NCBI GenBank assembly: GCA_036336715.1
Contig: JAYZFP010000074.1
Location: 18,531 to 82,530 of the forward strand
Length of the DNA: 64,000 nucleotides
Source of the DNA: Planctomycetota bacterium
GTDB taxonomy: Bacteria > Planctomycetota > Planctomycetia > Pirellulales > Pirellulaceae
Direction of reading: 5' to 3'
In this document: piece after piece, positions 56,601 to 64,000 of the stretch
How the letters are laid out: the number at the start of each line of letters is the position of its first letter
How positions within the stretch are numbered: the stretch's first letter is position 1
Notes under the pieces: generated by a model
The model's database searches: none
The model's input: only the letters and a program-made list of their open reading frames with translations
Told to the model about the DNA's origin: nothing
Program-made: the position numbers and the translations under genes

Positions 56601-57428
56601 TTAAAACCGCATACCGGCACCTGGCCGTACCTGATCGCCAGTATCAATGAGGTTGACCAGGAGGCAACCGAGGTGATGCGTTCGCTGTTGAAAGTGCCCC
56701 AGAGACCCGAGGGTGCCAAGTTCTATCGCATGATTATCGTCAAGGCACAGGAACTGGATGATCCCGGGAAAATCGCTGCCCTGGACCTGCTTGAATTCTG
56801 GACCGGCGAATCCTCAAAGAACAAGCTGGATCTCACCGCTTCGGTTGAGGGATGGAAAGAGTGGTACAGCAGAATCTATCCCCAGGAACCGCCTGCAGAA
56901 CGGGTCCAGGAGTCCGAATCCCAGAAATGGACTGTCAGCCTGCTCGAAGAAATCCTGGACGACGAGAAAACCCCCAAGGGATCGAAGGAACGGGGAAAGC
57001 TGGTTTTTGCCAAGGCACAGTGCTCCAGTTGCCATCGGTTCATCAATTATGGGGATGCCCAGGGACCGGATCTGACAACGGTGGCAAGACGCTTCACCAC
57101 CAGGGAAATCCTGAAATCGATCATTCACCCGTCTGACGTGATTTCCGACCAGTATCGGGCCGAGCTGATCGGTACGGTCGATGGACGCCAGTTGACGGGA
57201 ATTGTGGCACCGGGGCCCGACGAGTCGATTGTCGTTTTGACAGCCGAAGGGAAAAAGGTGCAGATCGACCCGGAAAATATCGAGGCCCGGAAACCAAGTT
57301 CGACCAGTGCGATGCCGGGGAACCTGTTGGAGGCTCTTTCCAAGAGCGAGATCATCGACCTGTTTGCCTACCTCGGTTTGCAGGATGAGAATCGCATTGC
57401 GGAAAAGCAGAGGTTTCGCACCCGTTAA
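53640..57428 (+). CDS. Pirellula/Verrucomicrobium-type membrane-bound dehydrogenase-like protein with HEAT repeats and C-terminal cytochrome c domain
   Basis: Signal peptide. SGDH-like propeller motifs (GLALGQDGNIYISVGN; GGLRNTYDLVFNREGDLFTYDSDME). HEAT-like DDNTAVRIKAIRGM and DDESPQVRRVVCECL. CxxCH heme site CSSCH near the C-terminus. Confidence 0.65.
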   Translation: MNTKIQLNLFFLITLFSGIQTLKSQEAEWIWHPAWTRNSIPKVTTYYRKAFKAEQVEKGEVFIAADDQYELFLNNKRVGSGGGTDVLDRYDISKQIKNGKNVIAVRVENVKGNTAALAARVQVKEKEKGWKSYSTNQTWKTSSSPLPIWKFQFFNDSKWENANTFGKLGSTQPWDKPAEVVKTPAKSQGDQKVEPREPDSEFFVEDVFRDEEVGSIIAFEFDEFGKIIASPERGGLLLLDPAAESKADRVRTLTSEISAIQGILPLNGQIYVTGIYQNRLGLYLLKDEDLDHQVDEIVEVLGFKGYPGEHGAHGLALGQDGNIYISVGNHVGPDGEVSQSSPYSNHYEGSVVKRYEDPGGHAKGIRAPGGTIIRTDLEGKKVEIYAGGLRNTYDLVFNREGDLFTYDSDMETDRGMNWYRPTSLYHVVAGADYGWRSGWAKWPAYYADTLPRVTDTGRGSPTGMVIYDHVMFPVRYQGTMFIADWSGGKIYNVKLTRQGASYSARKELFVEGSPLNVTDLAVGPDGALYFSTGGRMTNGGIYRVKWKGNVPDAYTKLEDNLSRIIRQPQPQSAFGRQNLAELRSELDEEWDKIVMGVALSPQNPENYRIHAMDLMTLFGPVPGEDLLLKLSRDDNTAVRIKAIRGMVQEPSETQMERLLELMDDESPQVRRVVCECLSNLEATVDYDRIQPILVSDDRFESQAARKLLERQPEDSYRDRVLKTDSQTEFVRGSLALMAANRNQEIAYAILARVQEFLDEFISDQTFLEMLRLVQVTIELGEVEAEKIPAFAERIGDEFPSGNSLMNRELARIITSLKVESTLERLISYLKSPKHSVEDRLEIALHMQLIGNGWTTGQRLEVINFLEQQIKQDLEGNFGAYIRIAVREFARNLSEEESITAIQQGKSWPNAAMSAFYKLPRQLDAKLIGYLKQLDKSVRRESGETYGYIRKGIVAVLAQGGGDDGEEYLKEIWRRDADRRADVAIAFTLKPHTGTWPYLIASINEVDQEATEVMRSLLKVPQRPEGAKFYRMIIVKAQELDDPGKIAALDLLEFWTGESSKNKLDLTASVEGWKEWYSRIYPQEPPAERVQESESQKWTVSLLEEILDDEKTPKGSKERGKLVFAKAQCSSCHRFINYGDAQGPDLTTVARRFTTREILKSIIHPSDVISDQYRAELIGTVDGRQLTGIVAPGPDESIVVLTAEGKKVQIDPENIEARKPSSTSAMPGNLLEALSKSEIIDLFAYLGLQDENRIAEKQRFRTR

Positions 57429-57598
57429 CCTTCCCGCAGAAATCGTTATCACGGCCAGGCAGTCGGGGTTTGTTCGCCAGCCTGGCGGGCCTTCCTTCAG
57501 AACGAGTTGAGTAGGGATTCTGACCTCCCACCTGGCGCCTTCCCAATCGGCCCGCCGACAGGTGCCGGTTGCTGATGTCTATTTGTAAAAGGCCGAAG

Positions 57599-58885
57599 AT
57601 GAAAACTGTCTATATACCTTTGCGCGTCTCGATCTCTTGCCAAGGTATCCTCCTCTGTCTGCTGGGTGCGCTTTCGCTGCCGGGGCAGGATGCGGATTCA
57701 CGGCCTGCGCGAGGCATAACGGACCTGCAATTGACGAGCGGAATCCGTCTGACTCTTTCGGGCACGCAGGTGGTCTCGGAATTCAGGTTGGTGGATGACC
57801 TCGGTTTTGCCTACGACGTTATGAGCCTGTTGAAGGAAGAGGAGGGGCGTGACGAAATTCAGTTGCGGAAACAGCAGTACGAAGAAATGAAAGCTGTACG
57901 GGACCGGATGAATGCGGAGCTGCTTCCCCAGGTGGCCAGGGGAGTGGCCTCCCCCGAGTCGGGCAGAAAACTCGCCGAAAAATTCCGGGCAGTCGAATTG
58001 GAGCTGCTGGAAATACTCGAACCCCATCAGGTGGTTCAATTGAACAACCTGAAGAATCGTTTGAGGCTGTCGGAATTTGGCGTTACAAGGTTGATGAATT
58101 CCCGCTTCCCGGAAAATGAGATGGATCTTTCCGCCAGGGAAGCGGAGCAACTCAGGAGCCTGGCCCGGCAAGTCGAACGGGCCCGCCTGGAAGCGATGCG
58201 AAGGATCCATGCCGATGCAAATTTGCAATTGATTCAATCGCTACCTGCGAGTTGCCGTCGGGCATTCGAAGTTGAAATCAGCAGCGAATGGAAGACCAAG
58301 TTCCTGACAGAAGCCCTTTTCGTTGGTAAACCAAGGCGAAGCTTCCGCAAGCTCCCCGAGGCAAATGGGGTGGTGGAGCTGTTAAGGCAACCTGCCATAA
58401 GAGAAAAACTGGATCTGAACGTTTCGCAGTATGAAGAGGTGAAGAGTTTCCGGGCAAACCATGATCGAACATTGAGGCTCCAGACCGCGGAACTGCTGGA
58501 GGGGGAAGGCCGAAAGCTGTCAATCAGCCAGCGAGGTAAGCTGCTTGTCGATCTGCAATCGAAAAACCTGCAGGATCTGGAATCTTCATTGAGGGGGGTC
58601 CTTTTAAAACACCAAGTTAATCAACTCGAAGAGCTGGATATGTCGATTCAGGTCAGAAAGCATGGTACGGCCCAATCCCTTTGCGGAGGAATCCTGGCCG
58701 AAAAGATTGGACTTGAAGAACCGTCTGCCCGGAAGTGTTTCCAATTGGCGCGGTCGATTCAGCAGGAAGTGTCACGCAAAACCCGAGAATTGGCAGAGAG
58801 CAGTGATCGACAGGTGCTTGGCGGAATACCCGACCTTGAGATGGCAAGGAAATTTGAGGCGGCCCTGGGGGAGCGTACGAGGTAA
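57599..58885 (+). CDS. Secreted helical-repeat protein (hypothetical)
   Basis: Signal MKTVYIPLRVSISCQGILLCLLGALSLPG. Recurrent L-x-x-x-Q-x-x-Q/E-L helices (LEPHQVVQLNNL, LSAREAEQLRSL, LLKHQVNQLEEL). No enzymatic motif. Confidence 0.55.
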   Translation: MKTVYIPLRVSISCQGILLCLLGALSLPGQDADSRPARGITDLQLTSGIRLTLSGTQVVSEFRLVDDLGFAYDVMSLLKEEEGRDEIQLRKQQYEEMKAVRDRMNAELLPQVARGVASPESGRKLAEKFRAVELELLEILEPHQVVQLNNLKNRLRLSEFGVTRLMNSRFPENEMDLSAREAEQLRSLARQVERARLEAMRRIHADANLQLIQSLPASCRRAFEVEISSEWKTKFLTEALFVGKPRRSFRKLPEANGVVELLRQPAIREKLDLNVSQYEEVKSFRANHDRTLRLQTAELLEGEGRKLSISQRGKLLVDLQSKNLQDLESSLRGVLLKHQVNQLEELDMSIQVRKHGTAQSLCGGILAEKIGLEEPSARKCFQLARSIQQEVSRKTRELAESSDRQVLGGIPDLEMARKFEAALGERTR

Positions 58886-59043
58886 AGCCGCTTTTGCGGA
58901 TGTGCCAACACGGTGGTTCGCCCACCAGCAATTTCTGATTGGAAAAGGGGGCCTGGGCCCGGCGAAACGTTCTGGAAAGGGCAAGTAGTTTCACCCCCGC
59001 CTGTCGCCCTAACCGGTGTTTATTTCACCTAATTTTGATTTAG

Positions 59044-59502
<459 letters not shown>

Positions 59503-59658
59503 TAGATTCAATCTGACCGCCATGCCGGCGGTCTGAACTCCCGGAACGTTTTTTACGCCGTTTTTCCGGGAGCCGGTTGTACCTTTTTGATTACCTTGTC
59601 CTGGTCCATTGTCCGGGTCAGTGATGCCAGATGCAGGTCGTCCAGCGTAGATTGCCCA

Positions 59659-62271
59659 ATGCTGCCAATTGTTGAGGAAGTCAGGCACAAGCTGGGCGAA
59701 GGTCGACAAAATATCAGCGTCGAGCACCGCTCCGGCATCTCAGGTCGGCAGGTCACCTCCAGTTTTTCTGACTTGGCTGACACGCTTCTGCTGTTGCTGA
59801 TCCACGAGGCTCTCGATTTCGTTACTGATGGCGATCGCAGTCAATTGGAAAACCGGATCGCGCTGGTTCCGCATGGGGGATTCGGCCGACGGGACCTGGC
59901 TCCTTTTTCAGACCTCGATCTGATGCTTCTCTACAGGCCGGATGCCAAGGTCGAAATCGAGCCGTTTGCCAGACGCCTTTCCCAGAATATTGTTGATTGC
60001 GGCTTTGACCTGGGCTTTAGCAGTCGTACGCCCAGCGATGCTGTGTCCTTGGGGCTCAAGGATGTCAAAATCTATACTTCCCTGGTGGAATCGCGGTACC
60101 TGGCGGGCAGTGTGGGGATCTACACCAAGTTTCTCTCCCGGTTGGCCCGGCAGGCTCAACGTCGGCCCCACGCGCTGGTCAGGGCAATCGAAAAAGCTCG
60201 TGTCGAAGAGCGGCAAAACCATGGAGACACCGCTTTCTACCTCCGCCCGAATGTGAAAAAAACCCGGGGCGGATTGCGTGACATTCAAATGGTCCGTTGG
60301 ATCGGCTTCACCAAATTCGGACAGTCGGATCTCGATTCGCTCCACCGGTCTGGTGCCATATCCGATTACGATTTTGAAAACCTGGTGGCAGCCTACCGGT
60401 TCCTTCTCCGCCTGAGGAATGAAATGCATTTCCAGGCCGGCAAGGCCCGCGACGTCCTGGGAATGAATGAACAGGTTCGTATTGCCGAGCTCTGGGGTTA
60501 CCCGTCATCCCGGGGAGTGCTGCCTGTGGAGAATTTCATGAAGGACTATTTTGACCACACCAGCCAGGTGGTTTATGCGGCTGACCATACCCTGGCATCT
60601 GCAAAAACTCGCTTTCATTTTTCCGACTGGATTACCCCGTTTTTCTCCCACCAGCAGGAGGGGTATTTCCTGATCGGGCCGATGTACATCTCGACGACTC
60701 GAAAGGGACTGGAATACGTCAGGGGGAACCTGGAGGGTGTCCTGCACCTGATGTCACTGGCAAACCTGCATAACAAGCGGATTGACCACGCGACCTGGGA
60801 GAGCATCCGCACTTCCATGACAGATGTCGACCAGTTGGAGCTCAGTTCGACTTCCGCGTGGAGATTCTGTTCCTTCATGTCTGATTCCAATCGCCTGGGC
60901 GATCTGCTTCGGCGACTCCACGAAATGCGGGTTTTGGAGAAAATCATACCAGCATATCGACATATTCGTTGCCTTGTTCAATTCAACGAATACCACAAGT
61001 ACACGGTCGATGAACATTCGATACGGGCGGTGGAAGCGGCCACCGGGTATGCCAACCGGGACGATATCCTGGGGCGGTGCTACAACAGTATCCGGGAAAA
61101 AAAGGTTTTGCACCTGGCATTGCTGCTGCACGATGCCGGAAAGGGTTTTGAAGAAGATCACAGCCAGGTGGGGGCCCGTATTGCAGCCGAGACAGCGGAC
61201 CTGCTGAATTTGTCTGCTAAGGAGAAGGACGACCTGGTGTTCCTTGTGTTGCACCACCTGATGATGTCCCATCTCGCTTTCCGCCGCGACACTTCGGACC
61301 CGAACCTGGTGGCCGGTTTTGCAGCGGATCTCGGTTCCACCGAGATGCTTAAAATGATGTTCATCCTGACCTGTGCAGATCTTCAGGCAGTTGGCCCGGA
61401 TACTTTCAACGACTGGAAGCTGAATCTTGTATCGCAGCTTTATTACCATTCGTTGCAACAGCTTTCCGGGACCACTGCCGAAGACGTTGCCGAATTTGAG
61501 TCGGCCAATACCCGAAAAGTGAAGTTCATTACATCTCTCGAGGCGGCAGATGAAGTGGAAATTTCGCAAATTGCCCGCCAGTTGCCGACTGATTTTTTTG
61601 ACACATGGTCCGAAGAAAAGTCAGCCCGTATCCTGTCCCGCTTGGCGGCGATCGATAACGACGATTTGCTGGTGGAGTCAGCGCCCGCGCTAACCGAAGG
61701 TGCCTTTGAATATGTTGTGGGGAAGATGGATCAGCCTTACTCGGCGGTCTTCCACAAAATAACCGGTGCCCTGACGAGCCAACTGGTCAAGATTCTATCT
61801 GTCGACATTTTCAGAGTCGGTAAGGAGAAATTGGTTTACCGGTTCATTGTCCTTGATCCGGAAGCCACGGAACAAACGCTGGATCATCGTCTGATGTCCG
61901 TGGGGACTTCTATCGCTGACTCGATCCTGAACGAGGACGCGCAACCGGTTTTCCGCAAGTTGTGGGGAAACAGGGAGGGACCGTCCACCAAGCAGTCCAC
62001 TCTTCCGACGCGGATTCGAATCGACAACAACACCGCGGATCACGCAACCATTCTTGATGTATTTACCCATGACAAAACGGGTTTGTTGTATACAATTACG
62101 CAAACGATTCATGACCTGGGTTTACAGATCTCCGCAGCCAAGGTGGGAACTTATCTTGATCAGGTAGTGGACGTGTTCTACGTCACCGATATGGACGGAA
62201 AAAAAATACGGGACCCCAAGCGAATCCAGAAAATCAAGACCGCCTTGTTGCATCAGATCGAAGAAAACTAG
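59659..62271 (+). CDS. glnD: [Protein-PII] uridylyltransferase / uridylyl-removing enzyme
   Basis: Nucleotidyltransferase motif GGFGRRDLAPFSDLDLMLLY, HD domain LALLLHDAGKG...HLMMSHLA, and two C-terminal ACT-like segments. It sits directly after glnB. Confidence 0.85.
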   Translation: MLPIVEEVRHKLGEGRQNISVEHRSGISGRQVTSSFSDLADTLLLLLIHEALDFVTDGDRSQLENRIALVPHGGFGRRDLAPFSDLDLMLLYRPDAKVEIEPFARRLSQNIVDCGFDLGFSSRTPSDAVSLGLKDVKIYTSLVESRYLAGSVGIYTKFLSRLARQAQRRPHALVRAIEKARVEERQNHGDTAFYLRPNVKKTRGGLRDIQMVRWIGFTKFGQSDLDSLHRSGAISDYDFENLVAAYRFLLRLRNEMHFQAGKARDVLGMNEQVRIAELWGYPSSRGVLPVENFMKDYFDHTSQVVYAADHTLASAKTRFHFSDWITPFFSHQQEGYFLIGPMYISTTRKGLEYVRGNLEGVLHLMSLANLHNKRIDHATWESIRTSMTDVDQLELSSTSAWRFCSFMSDSNRLGDLLRRLHEMRVLEKIIPAYRHIRCLVQFNEYHKYTVDEHSIRAVEAATGYANRDDILGRCYNSIREKKVLHLALLLHDAGKGFEEDHSQVGARIAAETADLLNLSAKEKDDLVFLVLHHLMMSHLAFRRDTSDPNLVAGFAADLGSTEMLKMMFILTCADLQAVGPDTFNDWKLNLVSQLYYHSLQQLSGTTAEDVAEFESANTRKVKFITSLEAADEVEISQIARQLPTDFFDTWSEEKSARILSRLAAIDNDDLLVESAPALTEGAFEYVVGKMDQPYSAVFHKITGALTSQLVKILSVDIFRVGKEKLVYRFIVLDPEATEQTLDHRLMSVGTSIADSILNEDAQPVFRKLWGNREGPSTKQSTLPTRIRIDNNTADHATILDVFTHDKTGLLYTITQTIHDLGLQISAAKVGTYLDQVVDVFYVTDMDGKKIRDPKRIQKIKTALLHQIEEN

Positions 62272-62318
62272 ATCAACGAAAGTCAGTCAGGCGGTAAGGC
62301 GAGAAATAGCGGGACGGG

Positions 62319-63692
62319 ATGGCTGCTCAACGAAAATCATCGGGAATGGATCGGGTAATGATCCTCGTCGTCGTGTTGCTGGTGGCTTCGCCGATTTTTT
62401 ACTGGCTGGTTTCTCCTGCCAGTTGGTCTTACGCACGGGCGCTGGAGAATCAGAGAAAGGGCAACCTGGAGGAGGCCAAAACCGGGTTTCTGGCCATGTT
62501 GCGGTCTGCTCCTGAACACCCGGGTGCGCTTTTTCGACTTGGCGAAATTGCGTTCAGCGAACAGGATTTTGAGCTGGCCCTCGACTATGCCACTCGGGCC
62601 ATTCCCGGATCCGGCCCCCAGCAAAAGTCCGAGGTAATCCAGCTGCAGGCCAATGCTTTGTTGTCGATGGGACGTGGAGAGCAGGCTGTCAGTACCGTGA
62701 TGCAGTTGCGCAGTTTTTCTTCGCTGCCCATCGATTTTGACAGCCTGTCGACTTCGGAGTTGATACCTTTCATGAAGAAAAGGTTCGATCGGCAGTTCCT
62801 CAACAGCCTGGCCTATGTGATGGTTATTGCCGAACGCGATCTGGAAAAGGCGAAAAAATACGTGGATGCCGTGATCGGTTATTTCGAACAGCAGCAACCG
62901 GCCAGTTTCCTGGCATCTGCCTACCTCCAGGAACGTTCCTCGAATTATCTTCTGGCACGGGACTCGTTGCAAAATGCGGTTGACAGAGTCAAGTCCCAAC
63001 CGGTTGAGCGAAAGGAATTGGAACAGCGGATTGCCAATCTGAAAAATTTCCTGCAATCCGCGAATGTCAGCACACAGCAAGAGGAGTCGCTGCGCCGCCA
63101 GTTGCGTGGCCTGGAGATTGAGGCGGGTTACGACAGGCTTTACCTCGCAATCCGGCGGCTGCAGTTGCTAAAGGAAAAAACCGGGGACGAGGCTGATTAT
63201 GCCAGCGAACTGGCAAGTATGCGTTCCGATGAGGTCAACGACGAAAAACTCAAGATAGAAATTCGCGATAGCGAATTTACCGAGTATGCTTTTGAGCTTC
63301 ATCATTACTACGATACGCGTGCCATGTGCCTGTTGAGGTTGGGGCAGCAGTCGGTTCGGCGAGCGGTTGGTGAGAGGTCCGATTTGCCACTTTTTGTCGT
63401 GGGAATGGAACTGGCGGACACCCGGTTTGGGCAGGCGTTCCAGGACATGGAGCAGGCCATCGAGCTGAAAAATTCGATACGTGCCTTCCAGGAGGCCCGC
63501 CCGGAGAACTCGCTCCTGATTTCCCTTCCCAGCGATCAGTTCCGTAGTCAGAAATCGCTTTCACGGATCGATGCTATCGAGGATTATCACTTGATGCAGA
63601 TCCAAATCGCCCGGGAGAAGCTGGAAGCAGGGGCAGCGTTGAGGGCGAAAATTCTGGCTTCAGGATTTGAGCCCAGCCCGCTTCTCTTTTGA
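62319..63692 (+). CDS. Membrane-anchored TPR-like protein (hypothetical)
   Basis: TM helix VMILVVVLLVASPIFYWLV, then TPR-like helices (EEAKTGFLAMLRSAPEHPGALFRLGEIAF...ALDYATRAI). Confidence 0.55.
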   Translation: MAAQRKSSGMDRVMILVVVLLVASPIFYWLVSPASWSYARALENQRKGNLEEAKTGFLAMLRSAPEHPGALFRLGEIAFSEQDFELALDYATRAIPGSGPQQKSEVIQLQANALLSMGRGEQAVSTVMQLRSFSSLPIDFDSLSTSELIPFMKKRFDRQFLNSLAYVMVIAERDLEKAKKYVDAVIGYFEQQQPASFLASAYLQERSSNYLLARDSLQNAVDRVKSQPVERKELEQRIANLKNFLQSANVSTQQEESLRRQLRGLEIEAGYDRLYLAIRRLQLLKEKTGDEADYASELASMRSDEVNDEKLKIEIRDSEFTEYAFELHHYYDTRAMCLLRLGQQSVRRAVGERSDLPLFVVGMELADTRFGQAFQDMEQAIELKNSIRAFQEARPENSLLISLPSDQFRSQKSLSRIDAIEDYHLMQIQIAREKLEAGAALRAKILASGFEPSPLLF

Positions 63693-63820
63693 TTGGATGG
63701 TGGGGCGGGGTGCCTTGGTCCTTTCCAGAACAGTTTCTCCCGGATTCATCCCGCCCACCGGAATGACTGTGTCCAGGAATGGCTGTGTTCATGGATTGCT
63801 GTATTCAGGGGTTGCTGTAT

Positions 63821-64000
63821 TCAGGGGTTGTTGCGCCTGCAAAGCAGGCAGAGGAAGAGCGGCAGTAGGAAGAGGTTCCCAAGCAGTCCACCAATCATGG
63901 CAATGACTGCCGTTGCACCGAAGTACACTGTGGGCAGGAAATCACTCAGGCAAAGCGACAAGAAGCCCATGACCAGGGCAATCGTCGAGTAGACCAGCGC
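63821..64000 (-). CDS. C-terminal fragment of an RND/MMPL-superfamily-like membrane transporter (tentative, truncated by window edge)
   Basis: My own translation of the minus strand gives ALVYSTIALVMGFLSLCLSDFLPTVYFGATAVIAMIGGLLGNLFLLPLFLCLLCRRNNP-stop (TGA at 63823-63821). Two TM helices and an LLPxxL ending resemble the last helices of RND/MMPL transporters. It is below the 60-aa ORF-track cutoff. Confidence 0.35.
   Translation of the reverse strand, partial: ALVYSTIALVMGFLSLCLSDFLPTVYFGATAVIAMIGGLLGNLFLLPLFLCLLCRRNNP

Overview
The window looks like a Planctomycetota chromosomal segment. It is moderately GC-rich and contains DUF1501, Tat-signal Gfo/Idh/MocA, FGE-sulfatase, YTV-repeat and Pirellula/Verrucomicrobium-type dehydrogenase/heme proteins. 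I can support about 45 protein-coding genes.

**Housekeeping genes**
- General: birA, obg, coaX, hisD, tdh, dapL, fahA.
- Heme: hemY, then hemH-cbiX after a gap.
- Nitrogen signalling: glnB-glnD.

**Other content**
- A flagellar patch (flgM-like, fliC, fliD) sits divergent from an uncharacterised TPR / coiled-coil / sigma-54-activator operon.
- Many large secreted or envelope proteins are present: two oversized TolC-like lipoproteins, a BNR/CBM9-like protein, a cytochrome-c dehydrogenase-like giant, FG-GAP, and two T/V/R/Y-rich repeat proteins.
- I found no rRNA, tRNA, CRISPR array, transposase, integrase or recognisable defence system.

**Most interesting loci** (nothing here is a proven new system)
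1. The sigma-28-like promoter plus four-gene operon next to the flagellin genes.
2. A response-regulator-linked YTV protein whose second half is a cysteine-substituted copy of its first half.
3. A 2.2-kb gene-poor stretch that splits the heme genes. It holds tandem repeats, possible gene remnants, and an 18-bp palindrome-cored motif that recurs 16.5 kb away.
4. A giant TolC-like lipoprotein with a poly-Gly insert and a long disordered tail.

All calls come from reading motifs by eye; no searches were run.
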